IMG/VR virus record: IMGVR_UViG_3300028048_000038
Location: 345,538 to 409,537 of that record
Source: a virus
Lineage: Duplodnaviria; Caudoviricetes
DNA length: 64,000 nt
Direction: 5' to 3' (one strand)
In this document: positions 20,618 through 30,687 of the stretch, piece after piece
Layout: every line of letters begins with the position of its first letter
Numbering within the stretch: the first letter of the stretch is position 1
Translations under genes and position numbers: made by a program
The notes under the pieces: generated by a model
Database searches by the model: none
Told to the model about the DNA's origin: nothing
What the model saw: the letters and a program-made list of their open reading frames with translations, nothing else

Positions 20618-22294
20618 TTACTCTTTTTGTCTTAGCATTGCCATATAGCACATATCATCATGATATACATAGATGTTTGGGTTTTGAGCTAGTTTAGCAT
20701 AAACCTTTGCTATATGTTCCTTATTTATTCTTCTTCCCTCTCCGCTATAGATTGCACCGAACTCATAGATAAGCTTTGTGTATATCTTTGGTGCTAAACC
20801 TAAACGTTGGATTCCTTCATTCAATATAATGTGTATCTGAAGCATTGGTACTCTCTCCTCCTCACTGATTCTAATCTTAACGCTCTGTGCCATAAGGAGA
20901 ATCATCTGTCTTGGCATTATCTCGCCATTGATAGTTACAATCAAGTCCTCAGTGACACCATTAACGTTTCCCTCAAGGAAATCAATGTTATCTACGGTTG
21001 CAGATTGTACCAATTGTTGATAATATTCAATAGGCTTCTGAGGTTCTGCCTCATATTGCCCCATTACATCTGCATCCTCGCCCTCTTCAATTACATCACC
21101 CTCTGATTCATCTGAATCTATCTCATATCCATTTGTCTCAGCTCCAGTGAAATAAGAATCCTTAATCAATGATTTATCAATATTCTTCGCATTTATCCTA
21201 TTGGTAAACTGTTGATAACCATTATCATATTCAGCATTCTTCATTAATTGGTCGATTATCTCATTTCCCCTATTGGTATTTGAAAGGATTTCCTTCACGC
21301 TTGCGCTGAACTCTTCATTTGGCTGCTTAATGAGGCTTGTAAACATGTATGGTATCATATTGGTGTCTTCCACCCTACCAAATATCTTGTTCCATAGCGT
21401 AACACCAAATCTCAAGTCCCAAGGCTCTGCAAGCACAAAATCAGCCTTTTTAACGACAAACATCGCCTTATCCTTATTACTTGGTAGCCCATGTGCTGAA
21501 AACAGCTCAAACAAGCCTTTAATGGTCTCTTGGAGCAACAATGGGAATATAATACCTTGTGCCTTTATTGTGGTTCTCTCACCAACACCACCAAGATGCA
21601 CTTCAACATATGAGCCTTGCATTGGTTTTTCATCACTCATTTCCTCTTTCTTGGTAAAAAGAAGATAATCATTGATTGCGATAATCTTCATATACAATGG
21701 AATGAGGTCTCTATTAATTCTATCAATATCCTCTATATACAAGCCCAATATTTTTGAATAAGTATATGCTGCGCCTTGAATTAATGAATCAATGAAACGT
21801 CTCTTTTCAACAGCCTTATCAAACAACTCAATATCATTCACATCATCGAATGTGTATGTAATCTTATCATCCGATTCTGGTTTCAACCTTATTGCATTTT
21901 TGAACTTTATCTTATCTACAAGCTTGCACTTTAGGTTAAGCATTTCCTCTGGGATTGCAAACAACCTATTAACGGCATTCTCGCAAATCTTCTCAAGTGT
22001 ATCTCTAATTGGAAGCTCCATATCTCTACACATCTTGAGAGCATTGCTTAACTCACTCATAAGATAGTCTTCATCAAGGCTTTCCAAGCCCAATTTCTCT
22101 ATTGCATCACACACTTCACCGAATCTAACCTTTAGCAAAGTATAGTCAAAAGGATAGTCACCACCACTAGGGAACATACTATTGTCTCCCAATGATGTCT
22201 CATGTGCCTTAACGCTTTTGAATAGAAATTGAGGCAAAAGCCTCTTATTCAAAACATTGGCAATTGTATTTTCTTTTAGATATATCTTCTTCAT
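20618..22294 (-). CDS. Hypothetical head-module protein with an appended C-terminal GNAT-like domain
   Basis: Acidic linker followed by HIILNEGIQRLGLAPKIY (GNAT motif A-like). Confidence 0.55.
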   Translation of the reverse strand: MKKIYLKENTIANVLNKRLLPQFLFKSVKAHETSLGDNSMFPSGGDYPFDYTLLKVRFGEVCDAIEKLGLESLDEDYLMSELSNALKMCRDMELPIRDTLEKICENAVNRLFAIPEEMLNLKCKLVDKIKFKNAIRLKPESDDKITYTFDDVNDIELFDKAVEKRRFIDSLIQGAAYTYSKILGLYIEDIDRINRDLIPLYMKIIAINDYLLFTKKEEMSDEKPMQGSYVEVHLGGVGERTTIKAQGIIFPLLLQETIKGLFELFSAHGLPSNKDKAMFVVKKADFVLAEPWDLRFGVTLWNKIFGRVEDTNMIPYMFTSLIKQPNEEFSASVKEILSNTNRGNEIIDQLMKNAEYDNGYQQFTNRINAKNIDKSLIKDSYFTGAETNGYEIDSDESEGDVIEEGEDADVMGQYEAEPQKPIEYYQQLVQSATVDNIDFLEGNVNGVTEDLIVTINGEIMPRQMILLMAQSVKIRISEEERVPMLQIHIILNEGIQRLGLAPKIYTKLIYEFGAIYSGEGRRINKEHIAKVYAKLAQNPNIYVYHDDMCYMAMLRQKE

Positions 22295-22764
22295 TATAAG
22301 GTACTTAGGAAATCACTTAACTCTTTCTTTGAAAATGGAATCGAGTTCTTCCTCATTTCAATAATTCTTGATTCACCTAAACCATTATTATCTACTGAAG
22401 ATTGTGTTTGTGGTTTTGTGAACGTAATTTGTGCATCATCAGCAGATTGGTCTTTAACCATATTCTGTGCTTGAGCAAGCTGTTTTCCAGTTGCATTAAT
22501 TGGAATTTGAAGTTTCAATCCTTCTCCGTTAGTCACATCTGACTGCCCATCAAGTTTACCTGCGTCTGCTGATGCTGACACTACACCTGGGTTTCTATTC
22601 ATCAGTTGTTTTGCCATCATCTGAGCTTGTTGAATACCGTTAGCTGAACCAATATTGGCATCTATGCCATTCATTGCCTCATTGAGTCTTAATTGGCTCT
22701 TTGAATAGATTCTACCCTCACCAAGTGGTTTCAAATTATTATCTTTCTTAACGAATATTTTCAT
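22294..22764 (-). CDS. Hypothetical protein (LNE/LGES motifs)
   Basis: ORF with the late-type motif directly upstream of ATG 22764. Confidence 0.55.
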   Translation of the reverse strand: MKIFVKKDNNLKPLGEGRIYSKSQLRLNEAMNGIDANIGSANGIQQAQMMAKQLMNRNPGVVSASADAGKLDGQSDVTNGEGLKLQIPINATGKQLAQAQNMVKDQSADDAQITFTKPQTQSSVDNNGLGESRIIEMRKNSIPFSKKELSDFLSTL

Positions 22765-22832
22765 ATTACAAATTTTTATATAAATATCTGTACAAAACAA
22801 AAAAGGGACACTCTAAAGTATCCCTTTTTATA

Positions 22833-23279
22833 TTATTTAAAGTATGGAGATTGGAATGGTGTCATTGGTTGATTCCTATATTCTTTTGGCATCTTCTTTT
22901 CGGGTCTCTTTGTACCCTCATGGTCATCCAAAACATCATTTATGACCTCATCAATTACACCCTTGTAGTTGAAGGTTGATTCCATTGGCATTCCACCGTC
23001 TTGAGGCATGGCATCTGAATCATCAGCAATGCTCTTCGCATACTTTACGACTGCTGCCTTATCCTCTGCTGACATGTTATTAACAATGCTGTCTAGTTCA
23101 TTATCTTCCATGTTTCCACCTTCCATTGGAGGTTGTTGGTCATCCATTGGAGGTTCGCCTCCACCCATAGGGTCATTCATCCCCATATCATCAGCACCCA
23201 TTGGTGGCATTGGAGCATTATCTAAATCACCCATGCCATCCACACTACCACCTAGAGGGTTGCTGTTTGGTATTTCCAA
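22833..23279 (-). CDS. Pro/Gly/Met-rich ORF, probably the -1 frameshift extension of the upstream protein
   Basis: First available start is TTG; the frame is open back through the TTTAAAAAAAAAC slippery run. Confidence 0.55.
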   Translation of the reverse strand: MEIPNSNPLGGSVDGMGDLDNAPMPPMGADDMGMNDPMGGGEPPMDDQQPPMEGGNMEDNELDSIVNNMSAEDKAAVVKYAKSIADDSDAMPQDGGMPMESTFNYKGVIDEVINDVLDDHEGTKRPEKKMPKEYRNQPMTPFQSPYFK

Positions 23280-23311
23280 TTTTGTTGGTCTCTCCTCAAA
23301 AGCAATTTCGT

Positions 23312-24994
23312 TTAGTTTATGTTTTTTTTTAAACGATTTAAAGCCTCTGCAATTGCGTTGTCAATTGCTTGTGGGTCGATTTCGAATGGAGCACCATCAC
23401 CAATCTTCTCACCGTAAGGAGTGTCATTCTTAACTGAATCGTCATTCATATCATAGTAACCTGGGAATTCCTTCATATCCTTTGGAGGTAAATCCATAAC
23501 TACTTTCTGATATGCTGGGTGTTTACCAAAATCATCCAACTTGTTCATATTACCACTTGGAACACGACCTGCATCCTTGAATGGGGTCATACCTTCCTCG
23601 TTTACTTTCTGCTTGCCCATAGCTTTTCTATATGCAGCAGTTTCATAAATCTGAACACCGTTGTTTCTTTGTTTGCTTTCCATTGGCATTTCGTCATCGA
23701 TTGGTTCTTCACCACCGAAGTCATCACCTTCACCCTCGTCACCGAAGATATCATCGTCTCCATAAGCGCTAGCGTCTACACTTGGTTCACTAATACCCAA
23801 CTTGTCAGCAATCTGTGAAAGGAGCTCTTCCATTGCACTAAGACGTGATTCAACATCATCCTCATATACATCTTCTCCTTCGTCACCAATTGGCTCTTCA
23901 CCGCCAAGGTCATCACCAAGTTCGTCATCAATTGGTTCGTCTTCAGCGTCTAAATCGTCACCGAGTTCATCACCCATTGGCTCACCTTCACCCTCTTCAG
24001 GAGCTGGAGCACCATCAACATCCTCGCCACCGAAGTCATCGAAAGCCTCGTCAATCTGTTTGCCCTTCTCACCATCGAAAGGTTTGTTGTTATCATCAGA
24101 TGGTCCTTCACCAACGCCTACTTCTGGTTTGTTCTGGTCATCGGTATCATGCATAGAAGTACCATGATTCTCAACAACACCATTCTTCATTTCACCAGTA
24201 TTAGTTACCTTCTTGTCACCATCGTCAATATTACGTGCCTCTGGACCGTCAAAAGGTGCGCTATCACCAATCTCAGTACCATGAGACTTATCCATGTAGT
24301 CATCGTTACCACGATTCCAACCAAGAACCTCTTCCTCATTTACAGTCTCGCACTGACATGGGTTTTTGCCACATTTAGGACAAGTCTTATCCTCAGTCAT
24401 GCTAGTTGGAATCTCTGCGTTTGTATATCCAGCGTTTGCAGAAGCCGCATCACCGCATTCTTCTACACTGCTAGAGATATTGTCCTTCTGTGAATTCTTG
24501 ATGTCCTTATCACAGATGCCATTTGCACACTCTTTCTTACCCTCTGCAATCTTCATTGCATTTTCCATGATTTGACGTGAACGATTGATTTCGTTTCTCA
24601 TCTTATCAGTTGCCTCAACTACAACAGTCTCTTTCTTGTCCAAATCCCAAGAACTGATGTTATAGTCTTGTTTGTTTGCAGCCTCTTTAAGAGACATCAT
24701 CTTCATATCGAAGTTCTTCTGTGCGTCAGCAAAAGAATCATATTGATAATCCTTTCTGTTTCTGAAACCACCAATGTAGTTGAAATCTTCTTTTACAAGA
24801 TTCTGTTTGTTAGAAGCAGACTTGATGTAATATTTAGTACCCTCACGTACAATACCATATACATTACCATCAGCACCAAGCTTCTGGTTCTCTACTGAAC
24901 TGTATGGAGCTTTCTTACTCTCAGTTTGAAGACCATATCCCATCAAAGCCTTCATTCTAGCAATCTGCTCATTTGTATTCATTTTATTATCCAT
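23312..24994 (-). CDS. Acidic scaffold-like/internal head protein
   Basis: EQIARMKALMGY..TES N-terminus; D/E/G-rich; many [IV]xE motifs. Confidence 0.6.
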   Translation of the reverse strand: MDNKMNTNEQIARMKALMGYGLQTESKKAPYSSVENQKLGADGNVYGIVREGTKYYIKSASNKQNLVKEDFNYIGGFRNRKDYQYDSFADAQKNFDMKMMSLKEAANKQDYNISSWDLDKKETVVVEATDKMRNEINRSRQIMENAMKIAEGKKECANGICDKDIKNSQKDNISSSVEECGDAASANAGYTNAEIPTSMTEDKTCPKCGKNPCQCETVNEEEVLGWNRGNDDYMDKSHGTEIGDSAPFDGPEARNIDDGDKKVTNTGEMKNGVVENHGTSMHDTDDQNKPEVGVGEGPSDDNNKPFDGEKGKQIDEAFDDFGGEDVDGAPAPEEGEGEPMGDELGDDLDAEDEPIDDELGDDLGGEEPIGDEGEDVYEDDVESRLSAMEELLSQIADKLGISEPSVDASAYGDDDIFGDEGEGDDFGGEEPIDDEMPMESKQRNNGVQIYETAAYRKAMGKQKVNEEGMTPFKDAGRVPSGNMNKLDDFGKHPAYQKVVMDLPPKDMKEFPGYYDMNDDSVKNDTPYGEKIGDGAPFEIDPQAIDNAIAEALNRLKKNIN

Positions 24995-25063
24995 ATTAAT
25001 ATGTATTAATTTTTTTCAAACTTATTTTTATTATAAATATTTCATATTATCAAAAAATATCAA

Positions 25064-27241
25064 TTATTGGTATTGATACTGAGTTTGTTGTGGCATTGTA
25101 CTAAAATTATCATCTACCGTACCCATTTGATTATCTTTTCCTCTTGTATCGAAATTGACTTGTTTAATATTTGGTGTGAACTTATCCAATGCCCTTATAT
25201 AGAGAACACTCTTAGGTTTCATTTCAATGCTATCCCATTGTATGCAAATGCAGTAGTTATATCCAATCAACTGTGATAACACCTTATCATAATAACATTT
25301 ATACAACTTACCATTTTCCTTTGATTGCATTAACTTACCATAATTAGAAACAAAGTCCTTGAGTGCCTTTCTTTCAGCATCCCAACGTTTCTTATATGGA
25401 TTATGTTCACTGTTTCCATCACCAACCCATTCCTCATTTAATAAGGTAATAGCATTAGAATACTTTCTGATTGATTCTGCAACATTTCCTACCAATTTAA
25501 TAGTTTCACCATCAAAATATCTTACAACATCATTTATCACTCTTCTTGGGTTAGCTCCATCCCATTCAGCATACTCGTATGAATTATCTCCATCACCAAT
25601 CTCTACAGTTACATTACCCTTACTATATTGAATTAACCTTAACATTGGGTTAACTTGTTCCCTAGTAGGTTTCTTGAAGAGATTTATAGAACTCCAAGTG
25701 TTTGAACAATGGATTCTTATTGCACCCATTCTAATGAAGTCTGCCATATTGATGTTTAGACCGCTTTTAGTAGTCATATCGGCATCCCAATTAAGGTTTC
25801 CAATGTCTCTGTGGTCAACACCCCTTCTACCTCTAAGATGAGAGGTATCAGTATTTCCAGTTACCATATGTCTTCCACTGAAGTCAAGCATACTACCATC
25901 TGGAAGTATATAACCACATTCCCTTATATCATTGGTGACACCGAATCTCTCTTTAGCCAACGCAAACACATCAACATTGTTATTACTCTCTACTGATTCA
26001 GTTATTGAATTGTTTCTATCATAAACAGTTGAGAACAATTTGAACAACTTATCAAGATATTGTGTCCTACGTAGAATCTTATAGACGATATTTCCAGCTC
26101 CACTCTCGCCATTGCTCTCAAGGCTTGACTTTCTCATTGCCTTAACCTTCTTCCAAAGATACTGAGCATCGTCACCGATTGTCTCAATCTTATGTGAATC
26201 GTCTGTAGCATTAAGAGCATTATACATGTCATCAATGATTGTCATGATTTCTGCTGCCTTATCCTTGATTGAGAACTTGTCAAGACCAATTGGTTTTATG
26301 CTGCCCATATCTGGTTTCTTAACCCAATCATTTTCCTCAAGGTCGTATATACCACCACTCTGAGGCATTTCACCTAGATTCTGAACATATAATTCAACTG
26401 GGAATCCCAATATCGTCAAGTCGCTATGTTCGTTGTTCCATTCATTCTTCTTGGCATCAAGATAATCACGAACAAATTCTGTCTTCTCATCAATCTCATC
26501 GAAATCAACAATAAGGTGAAGGTCGATGTCAGAATACTTAGACCAATTGAAATTGCAGATTGAGCCAGTTAAGATAATTCCACTTGGTTTAACCCAAGTT
26601 AAATTAACAAATTCCCAAAAATCGTCTGCAATATCCAATAATCTTAGTCTAACTCTAGAATCCAAAGTATTATCATCTACCCATATTGGCGCTAATTCAC
26701 TCTTTTTCTTAAAGGATGAAAGGTCAATATCAGAAGAATCTACCTCAAAATCAAGATTTTCAATTATGTTCTTGATTTGGCTTTCATTGACAATAACACT
26801 TTTATTATTTTTCTTTGATTCATATTTATCCAAATTAACTATGACTGGTTTGTTGTTTTTATCAATCTTCAACCATTTGTAGTACTTATATGCCATACTT
26901 CTTTTTTCAAAATAACGTGGCATAATGTTAATATCAATAAGGTTGATTACTGCCCAGTTGCTCCATTCATTTGGTCTCAGTTTCTTTGCTCTATATATGA
27001 ATTCTTGTGGTATTTTAGAATAATTTACACTTGTTTCTTCTACTGTGTGGCAATAATTACCTCCAATTGGTGGATTATTGCTTTCTTGTCCAAGTTCAAA
27101 TTCATCAACCTCTGCTGAAACTTCTTCAACATTATGGGAAACACCATTATGGCTGACATCATCCATGCCAACCATAATTTCATTTATTCTATCCTTTAAA
27201 GTTAATAATCTATTCTCTCCGAATGTAATAGTTTTTCCCAT
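25064..27241 (-). CDS. Multidomain protein with a Pol-beta-type nucleotidyltransferase domain and a GYILPDG domain
   Basis: ILTGSICNFNWSKYSDIDLHL...VELYVQ (GS...DxD...E); ECGYILPDGSMLDF...DHR. Confidence 0.7.
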   Translation of the reverse strand: MGKTITFGENRLLTLKDRINEIMVGMDDVSHNGVSHNVEEVSAEVDEFELGQESNNPPIGGNYCHTVEETSVNYSKIPQEFIYRAKKLRPNEWSNWAVINLIDINIMPRYFEKRSMAYKYYKWLKIDKNNKPVIVNLDKYESKKNNKSVIVNESQIKNIIENLDFEVDSSDIDLSSFKKKSELAPIWVDDNTLDSRVRLRLLDIADDFWEFVNLTWVKPSGIILTGSICNFNWSKYSDIDLHLIVDFDEIDEKTEFVRDYLDAKKNEWNNEHSDLTILGFPVELYVQNLGEMPQSGGIYDLEENDWVKKPDMGSIKPIGLDKFSIKDKAAEIMTIIDDMYNALNATDDSHKIETIGDDAQYLWKKVKAMRKSSLESNGESGAGNIVYKILRRTQYLDKLFKLFSTVYDRNNSITESVESNNNVDVFALAKERFGVTNDIRECGYILPDGSMLDFSGRHMVTGNTDTSHLRGRRGVDHRDIGNLNWDADMTTKSGLNINMADFIRMGAIRIHCSNTWSSINLFKKPTREQVNPMLRLIQYSKGNVTVEIGDGDNSYEYAEWDGANPRRVINDVVRYFDGETIKLVGNVAESIRKYSNAITLLNEEWVGDGNSEHNPYKKRWDAERKALKDFVSNYGKLMQSKENGKLYKCYYDKVLSQLIGYNYCICIQWDSIEMKPKSVLYIRALDKFTPNIKQVNFDTRGKDNQMGTVDDNFSTMPQQTQYQYQ

Positions 27242-27260
27242 CGAAACATTAAATGTGATA

Positions 27261-27578
27261 TTATCCGTTATCTACAACTTCGCCAGCGCCAGTCTCACGA
27301 CTACAATCGCAAATGCCTTGTCTAAGGTCTGTATACTTAGCACCACTCTCTGAGATAAATGATACAGTTTCAATATACTTGTTATCCTTCTCAGTTGGAA
27401 TTGGAGCATCGTGCCCAATAGGTCCATCGTTATAAGCAAGGGTCTCCATACCACGAGTGGTCATTTTTCCATTTTCACTGAGTGTTTCGTTATAGTTTTC
27501 AACATCAACGTAAAGAAGTGGGTTATCTGTATCATAACCATATCCTTCATACATATAATCCAAAATATTACTGTTCAT
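27261..27578 (-). CDS. Hypothetical protein
   Basis: ORF from MNSNILD with the late-type motif upstream. Confidence 0.55.
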   Translation of the reverse strand: MNSNILDYMYEGYGYDTDNPLLYVDVENYNETLSENGKMTTRGMETLAYNDGPIGHDAPIPTEKDNKYIETVSFISESGAKYTDLRQGICDCSRETGAGEVVDNG

Positions 27579-27648
27579 ATTTTTTCTTTTATTTTTATAA
27601 ATTATTTCTCTATAAATATTTGGTAATAACAAAAAAAAGGTACTGAAA

Positions 27649-28836
27649 TCAATCAGCACCTTCATAATGAAGCACAAAATCAGATAATTTCTCCAAATCA
27701 TCATTTAACACCATCACTGCAATATCTCTATCACGATTATATGGTATATAGCATTTTCTTGGATTTTTAGTGACAACCTCTTTTCCTTTTACCATTTCCA
27801 AGACAAATTCTACTAATTTTTTCCACTTGACGAAAATCACCTTCTTCATCGCTCTAAACGCAATATAATCAGCCTTAACGTAGAATCTATCTTCACGTCC
27901 TTGCTTATCTACCAAACGAACCCAATGGATTGTATCGTCATATCCATCATCAAATCTCCATACTTTGTTTAGTCCCTTAACATCAATGCCGAATTTATTT
28001 CCATCAAGGGTATTCCACCAAAAGTCAATATGGTCTTTATAATCTTCATCCCTAGAAGCCCTTTTAACACTGCCACCCATCTGGCTTGATAGCAATTCCA
28101 TTATAAGCTCTTCATCAGATTTTCCATCTTTAAGACACTTCTCTTTTTGGGCTTTGATATTTGTTGAGATTTTACCTTCATTTGCCGTAACTATTCCATG
28201 ATATTCAGATAAGTCGATATAGATTTGTTTTTTCAATAATATATTAATTGGTCTTTCAGCGTATTTCTCGCTATATCTGAATGATATCCCATTCACAAAT
28301 TCCGATGTCTTCACACATCCCCTTTCCCTGATAGCCTCATCTTGTCTCGCAAGCATGTCTAAAGTCCAACCCTTACTCTCAAGAAAATCAGCAATCTTTT
28401 GCCTAGATACAAGACACCATTCAAATTCTTTAATATTGTCCCTTGTTATCGAATCTGTATTATATCGTCTTTTCTCCTTATTATACTCTATATCTGCTTT
28501 TAATATCCATCCAAAGAGATAGTATTGTGTTGACTTTGAACTATCTAGAAACCATCCACAAACTTTAGTACCCCTTTTGGATATGAATGACAATTCCAAT
28601 GCAAAACTATCAAGGTTTGTATTAGCGTATCTAGCAGCCACCTTCTCATCCACAATAACCCTATCTATTTTCTTGTCATGCAAGCTTAAAATAAGGTCAG
28701 AGCCTCTCATTTGCTCGTCATAGCCATCAGTTCTAGCAAACTCAGTAAAAATCTCCTTATTCGAATATAAATGTTCATCTAGGAATGCTGCAATCTCACG
28801 TTCAACAGCCATATCATATTTTCTATTACTCTCCAT
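27649..28836 (-). CDS. Protein with two tandem PD-(D/E)xK nuclease-like domains
   Basis: GSDLIL...IVDEKVA and DHIDFWW...GIDVKG. Confidence 0.6.
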   Translation of the reverse strand: MESNRKYDMAVEREIAAFLDEHLYSNKEIFTEFARTDGYDEQMRGSDLILSLHDKKIDRVIVDEKVAARYANTNLDSFALELSFISKRGTKVCGWFLDSSKSTQYYLFGWILKADIEYNKEKRRYNTDSITRDNIKEFEWCLVSRQKIADFLESKGWTLDMLARQDEAIRERGCVKTSEFVNGISFRYSEKYAERPINILLKKQIYIDLSEYHGIVTANEGKISTNIKAQKEKCLKDGKSDEELIMELLSSQMGGSVKRASRDEDYKDHIDFWWNTLDGNKFGIDVKGLNKVWRFDDGYDDTIHWVRLVDKQGREDRFYVKADYIAFRAMKKVIFVKWKKLVEFVLEMVKGKEVVTKNPRKCYIPYNRDRDIAVMVLNDDLEKLSDFVLHYEGAD

Positions 28837-30080
28837 TAACCGACTAATAATGGTGCTTTGATTATTGGGTCTGGCTCATAATCAATTATTTTAAAGTCTT
28901 CATATTTGAAATCTTCAATTGTTTTTTGATTTCCTTCTATTATCAATTGTGGTATCTTATCAGAACCTTTTCTAGATAATTGTTCGTTAACAGCATCAAA
29001 ATGTGCCTCATATATATGACAATCTCCAAGTGAAGCTATTAACTCGTCTGGTATCATATTTACTAATTTAGCTATCATGTGAGTTAGAATGGTATACGAA
29101 ACCGTATTAAATGGTTGCCCTAAAAACTCGTCATTACTACGCATGCTATACATGCAACTCAGCCCATACTTGGGAATATCTGCAATATCATAATTACTGC
29201 CATCGTTAGGCATTGATATGTCTGCGCCATCCTTTGTATTCTTGGAATATTCTTTGAGCCAATCGTAATACTTCTTTGGTATTTGGCATTTCATATATCT
29301 TTCGTTGAAAATCTTCATTCTCTCAACATTTGATAATTCCCTTGTATAGAATTGCATCATAACATGGCAAGGAGGTAATGCCATATCTTCAATTTGGTCT
29401 GGATTAAATGCCACACATAACATTCTCCTATCATTTGGATTTGTTTTCAATGTGTCAATAATATTCTTGATTTGGTCTACATGATTACTTCCAAATGCTC
29501 TCCATTGCGTTCCATATACAGGACCTAAGTCACCAAATCTATATCTCGACATGAATGGTCCCTTTATTTCAACCTTCTGTAAGGTTAAGTCCAAGAACTC
29601 CTCCTTTGTAATGTTCTTAAGCCATTCGTCATCGTTTTGTCTAAGTTCATTCTCAATCCAATATTCGAATATTGGTTGTCTACCCATCTCATCATCATTG
29701 GTACATACAAGATATTCTTTTGGAAATATACGCTTAACTTGATAACTGTTATTTGCTGTTTTAATAAATCTACCACATATATTTGTTTTAAACCAACGAT
29801 ATGCATCATCGTCCCATATATGTACACCATTTCTAACAAGGTATTCAATATTCATACTACCATGAGAGTTATATGGTCTTTGTAAGAACCAAAGTAATTC
29901 ATGAATAACCCCTTTGGTAAACACTTTCTTGGTCGTTAAAATTGGAAATCCTTCCTTAAGATTAAATCTCAGTTGTCTCCCAAATACGGACTTAACACGT
30001 CCAGCTCTAGTGTCCTTTTCAACACCATTCTCCATTATATCTCGTAATAAAGATAGATATTGTTCGTCTGCTTTTGTCAT
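28836..30080 (-). CDS. thyA: Thymidylate synthase with insertions
   Basis: FPILTTKKV, ELLWFL, IWD, DLGPVYG.QWR, DRR, ALPPCH, RSND..LG.PFN, DCHIY..H. Confidence 0.92.
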   Translation of the reverse strand: MTKADEQYLSLLRDIMENGVEKDTRAGRVKSVFGRQLRFNLKEGFPILTTKKVFTKGVIHELLWFLQRPYNSHGSMNIEYLVRNGVHIWDDDAYRWFKTNICGRFIKTANNSYQVKRIFPKEYLVCTNDDEMGRQPIFEYWIENELRQNDDEWLKNITKEEFLDLTLQKVEIKGPFMSRYRFGDLGPVYGTQWRAFGSNHVDQIKNIIDTLKTNPNDRRMLCVAFNPDQIEDMALPPCHVMMQFYTRELSNVERMKIFNERYMKCQIPKKYYDWLKEYSKNTKDGADISMPNDGSNYDIADIPKYGLSCMYSMRSNDEFLGQPFNTVSYTILTHMIAKLVNMIPDELIASLGDCHIYEAHFDAVNEQLSRKGSDKIPQLIIEGNQKTIEDFKYEDFKIIDYEPDPIIKAPLLVG

Positions 30081-30221
30081 TTATTCTGAGTATTTAGGTT
30101 GGCAAATCTCTTGTTGTGCAAGTACCATTAGTTTATCAAGTTCCTTCATTTCCCTTTTCATTCTCTTCATAATGCTTCTAGCTTCATGAAGATTTCTCCA
30201 TTCTCTAGTAATATTACGCAT
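30081..30221 (-). CDS. Small hypothetical protein (46 aa, not in ORF track)
   Basis: MRNITREWRNLHEARSIMKRMKREMKELDKLMVLAQQEICQPKYSE exactly fills the gap between its neighbours. Confidence 0.5.
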   Translation of the reverse strand: MRNITREWRNLHEARSIMKRMKREMKELDKLMVLAQQEICQPKYSE

Positions 30222-30687
30222 TGTTTAAACCATTGATATAACTCATTATTGTTGGCTCATTGCCAATGAATTCACCTTGCTTATTAAGTTTATGTTTATA
30301 ACAGTTAGGTGATTCGTCATCGTCTATTTCATTGACCCATTCTTCAAAATTCTTATCAAGTTTTCTAATCACATCAGGCTTCGTCCTCTTTCTAACTTGG
30401 TTTTCAATGAATTCATTTCTCCTTTCAACAGAAGGATAGAATATATCATAATCAACATTATGTTCATTGAACATTTCCCTTACATTCTTTGAAGATGGTA
30501 TGAATACAATGTCGTAGTCATCGACAACAGACATAACCTTATTATAACATTCTTCCAATAAATCTTGATTTGATGAGTCATTAATGCCCATTTCATCAGC
30601 CATATCGAATATCTTAGCTTTCTTGCCGTATATGTTCTTAAGATATTCTCGACCACATCCTATAAAACTACTTATTATTATCCCCAT
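30214..30687 (-). CDS. Hypothetical protein, degenerate P-loop kinase-like
   Basis: IIISSFIGCGRE N-terminus; YPS...RNEF. Confidence 0.45.
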   Translation of the reverse strand: MGIIISSFIGCGREYLKNIYGKKAKIFDMADEMGINDSSNQDLLEECYNKVMSVVDDYDIVFIPSSKNVREMFNEHNVDYDIFYPSVERRNEFIENQVRKRTKPDVIRKLDKNFEEWVNEIDDDESPNCYKHKLNKQGEFIGNEPTIMSYINGLNNA

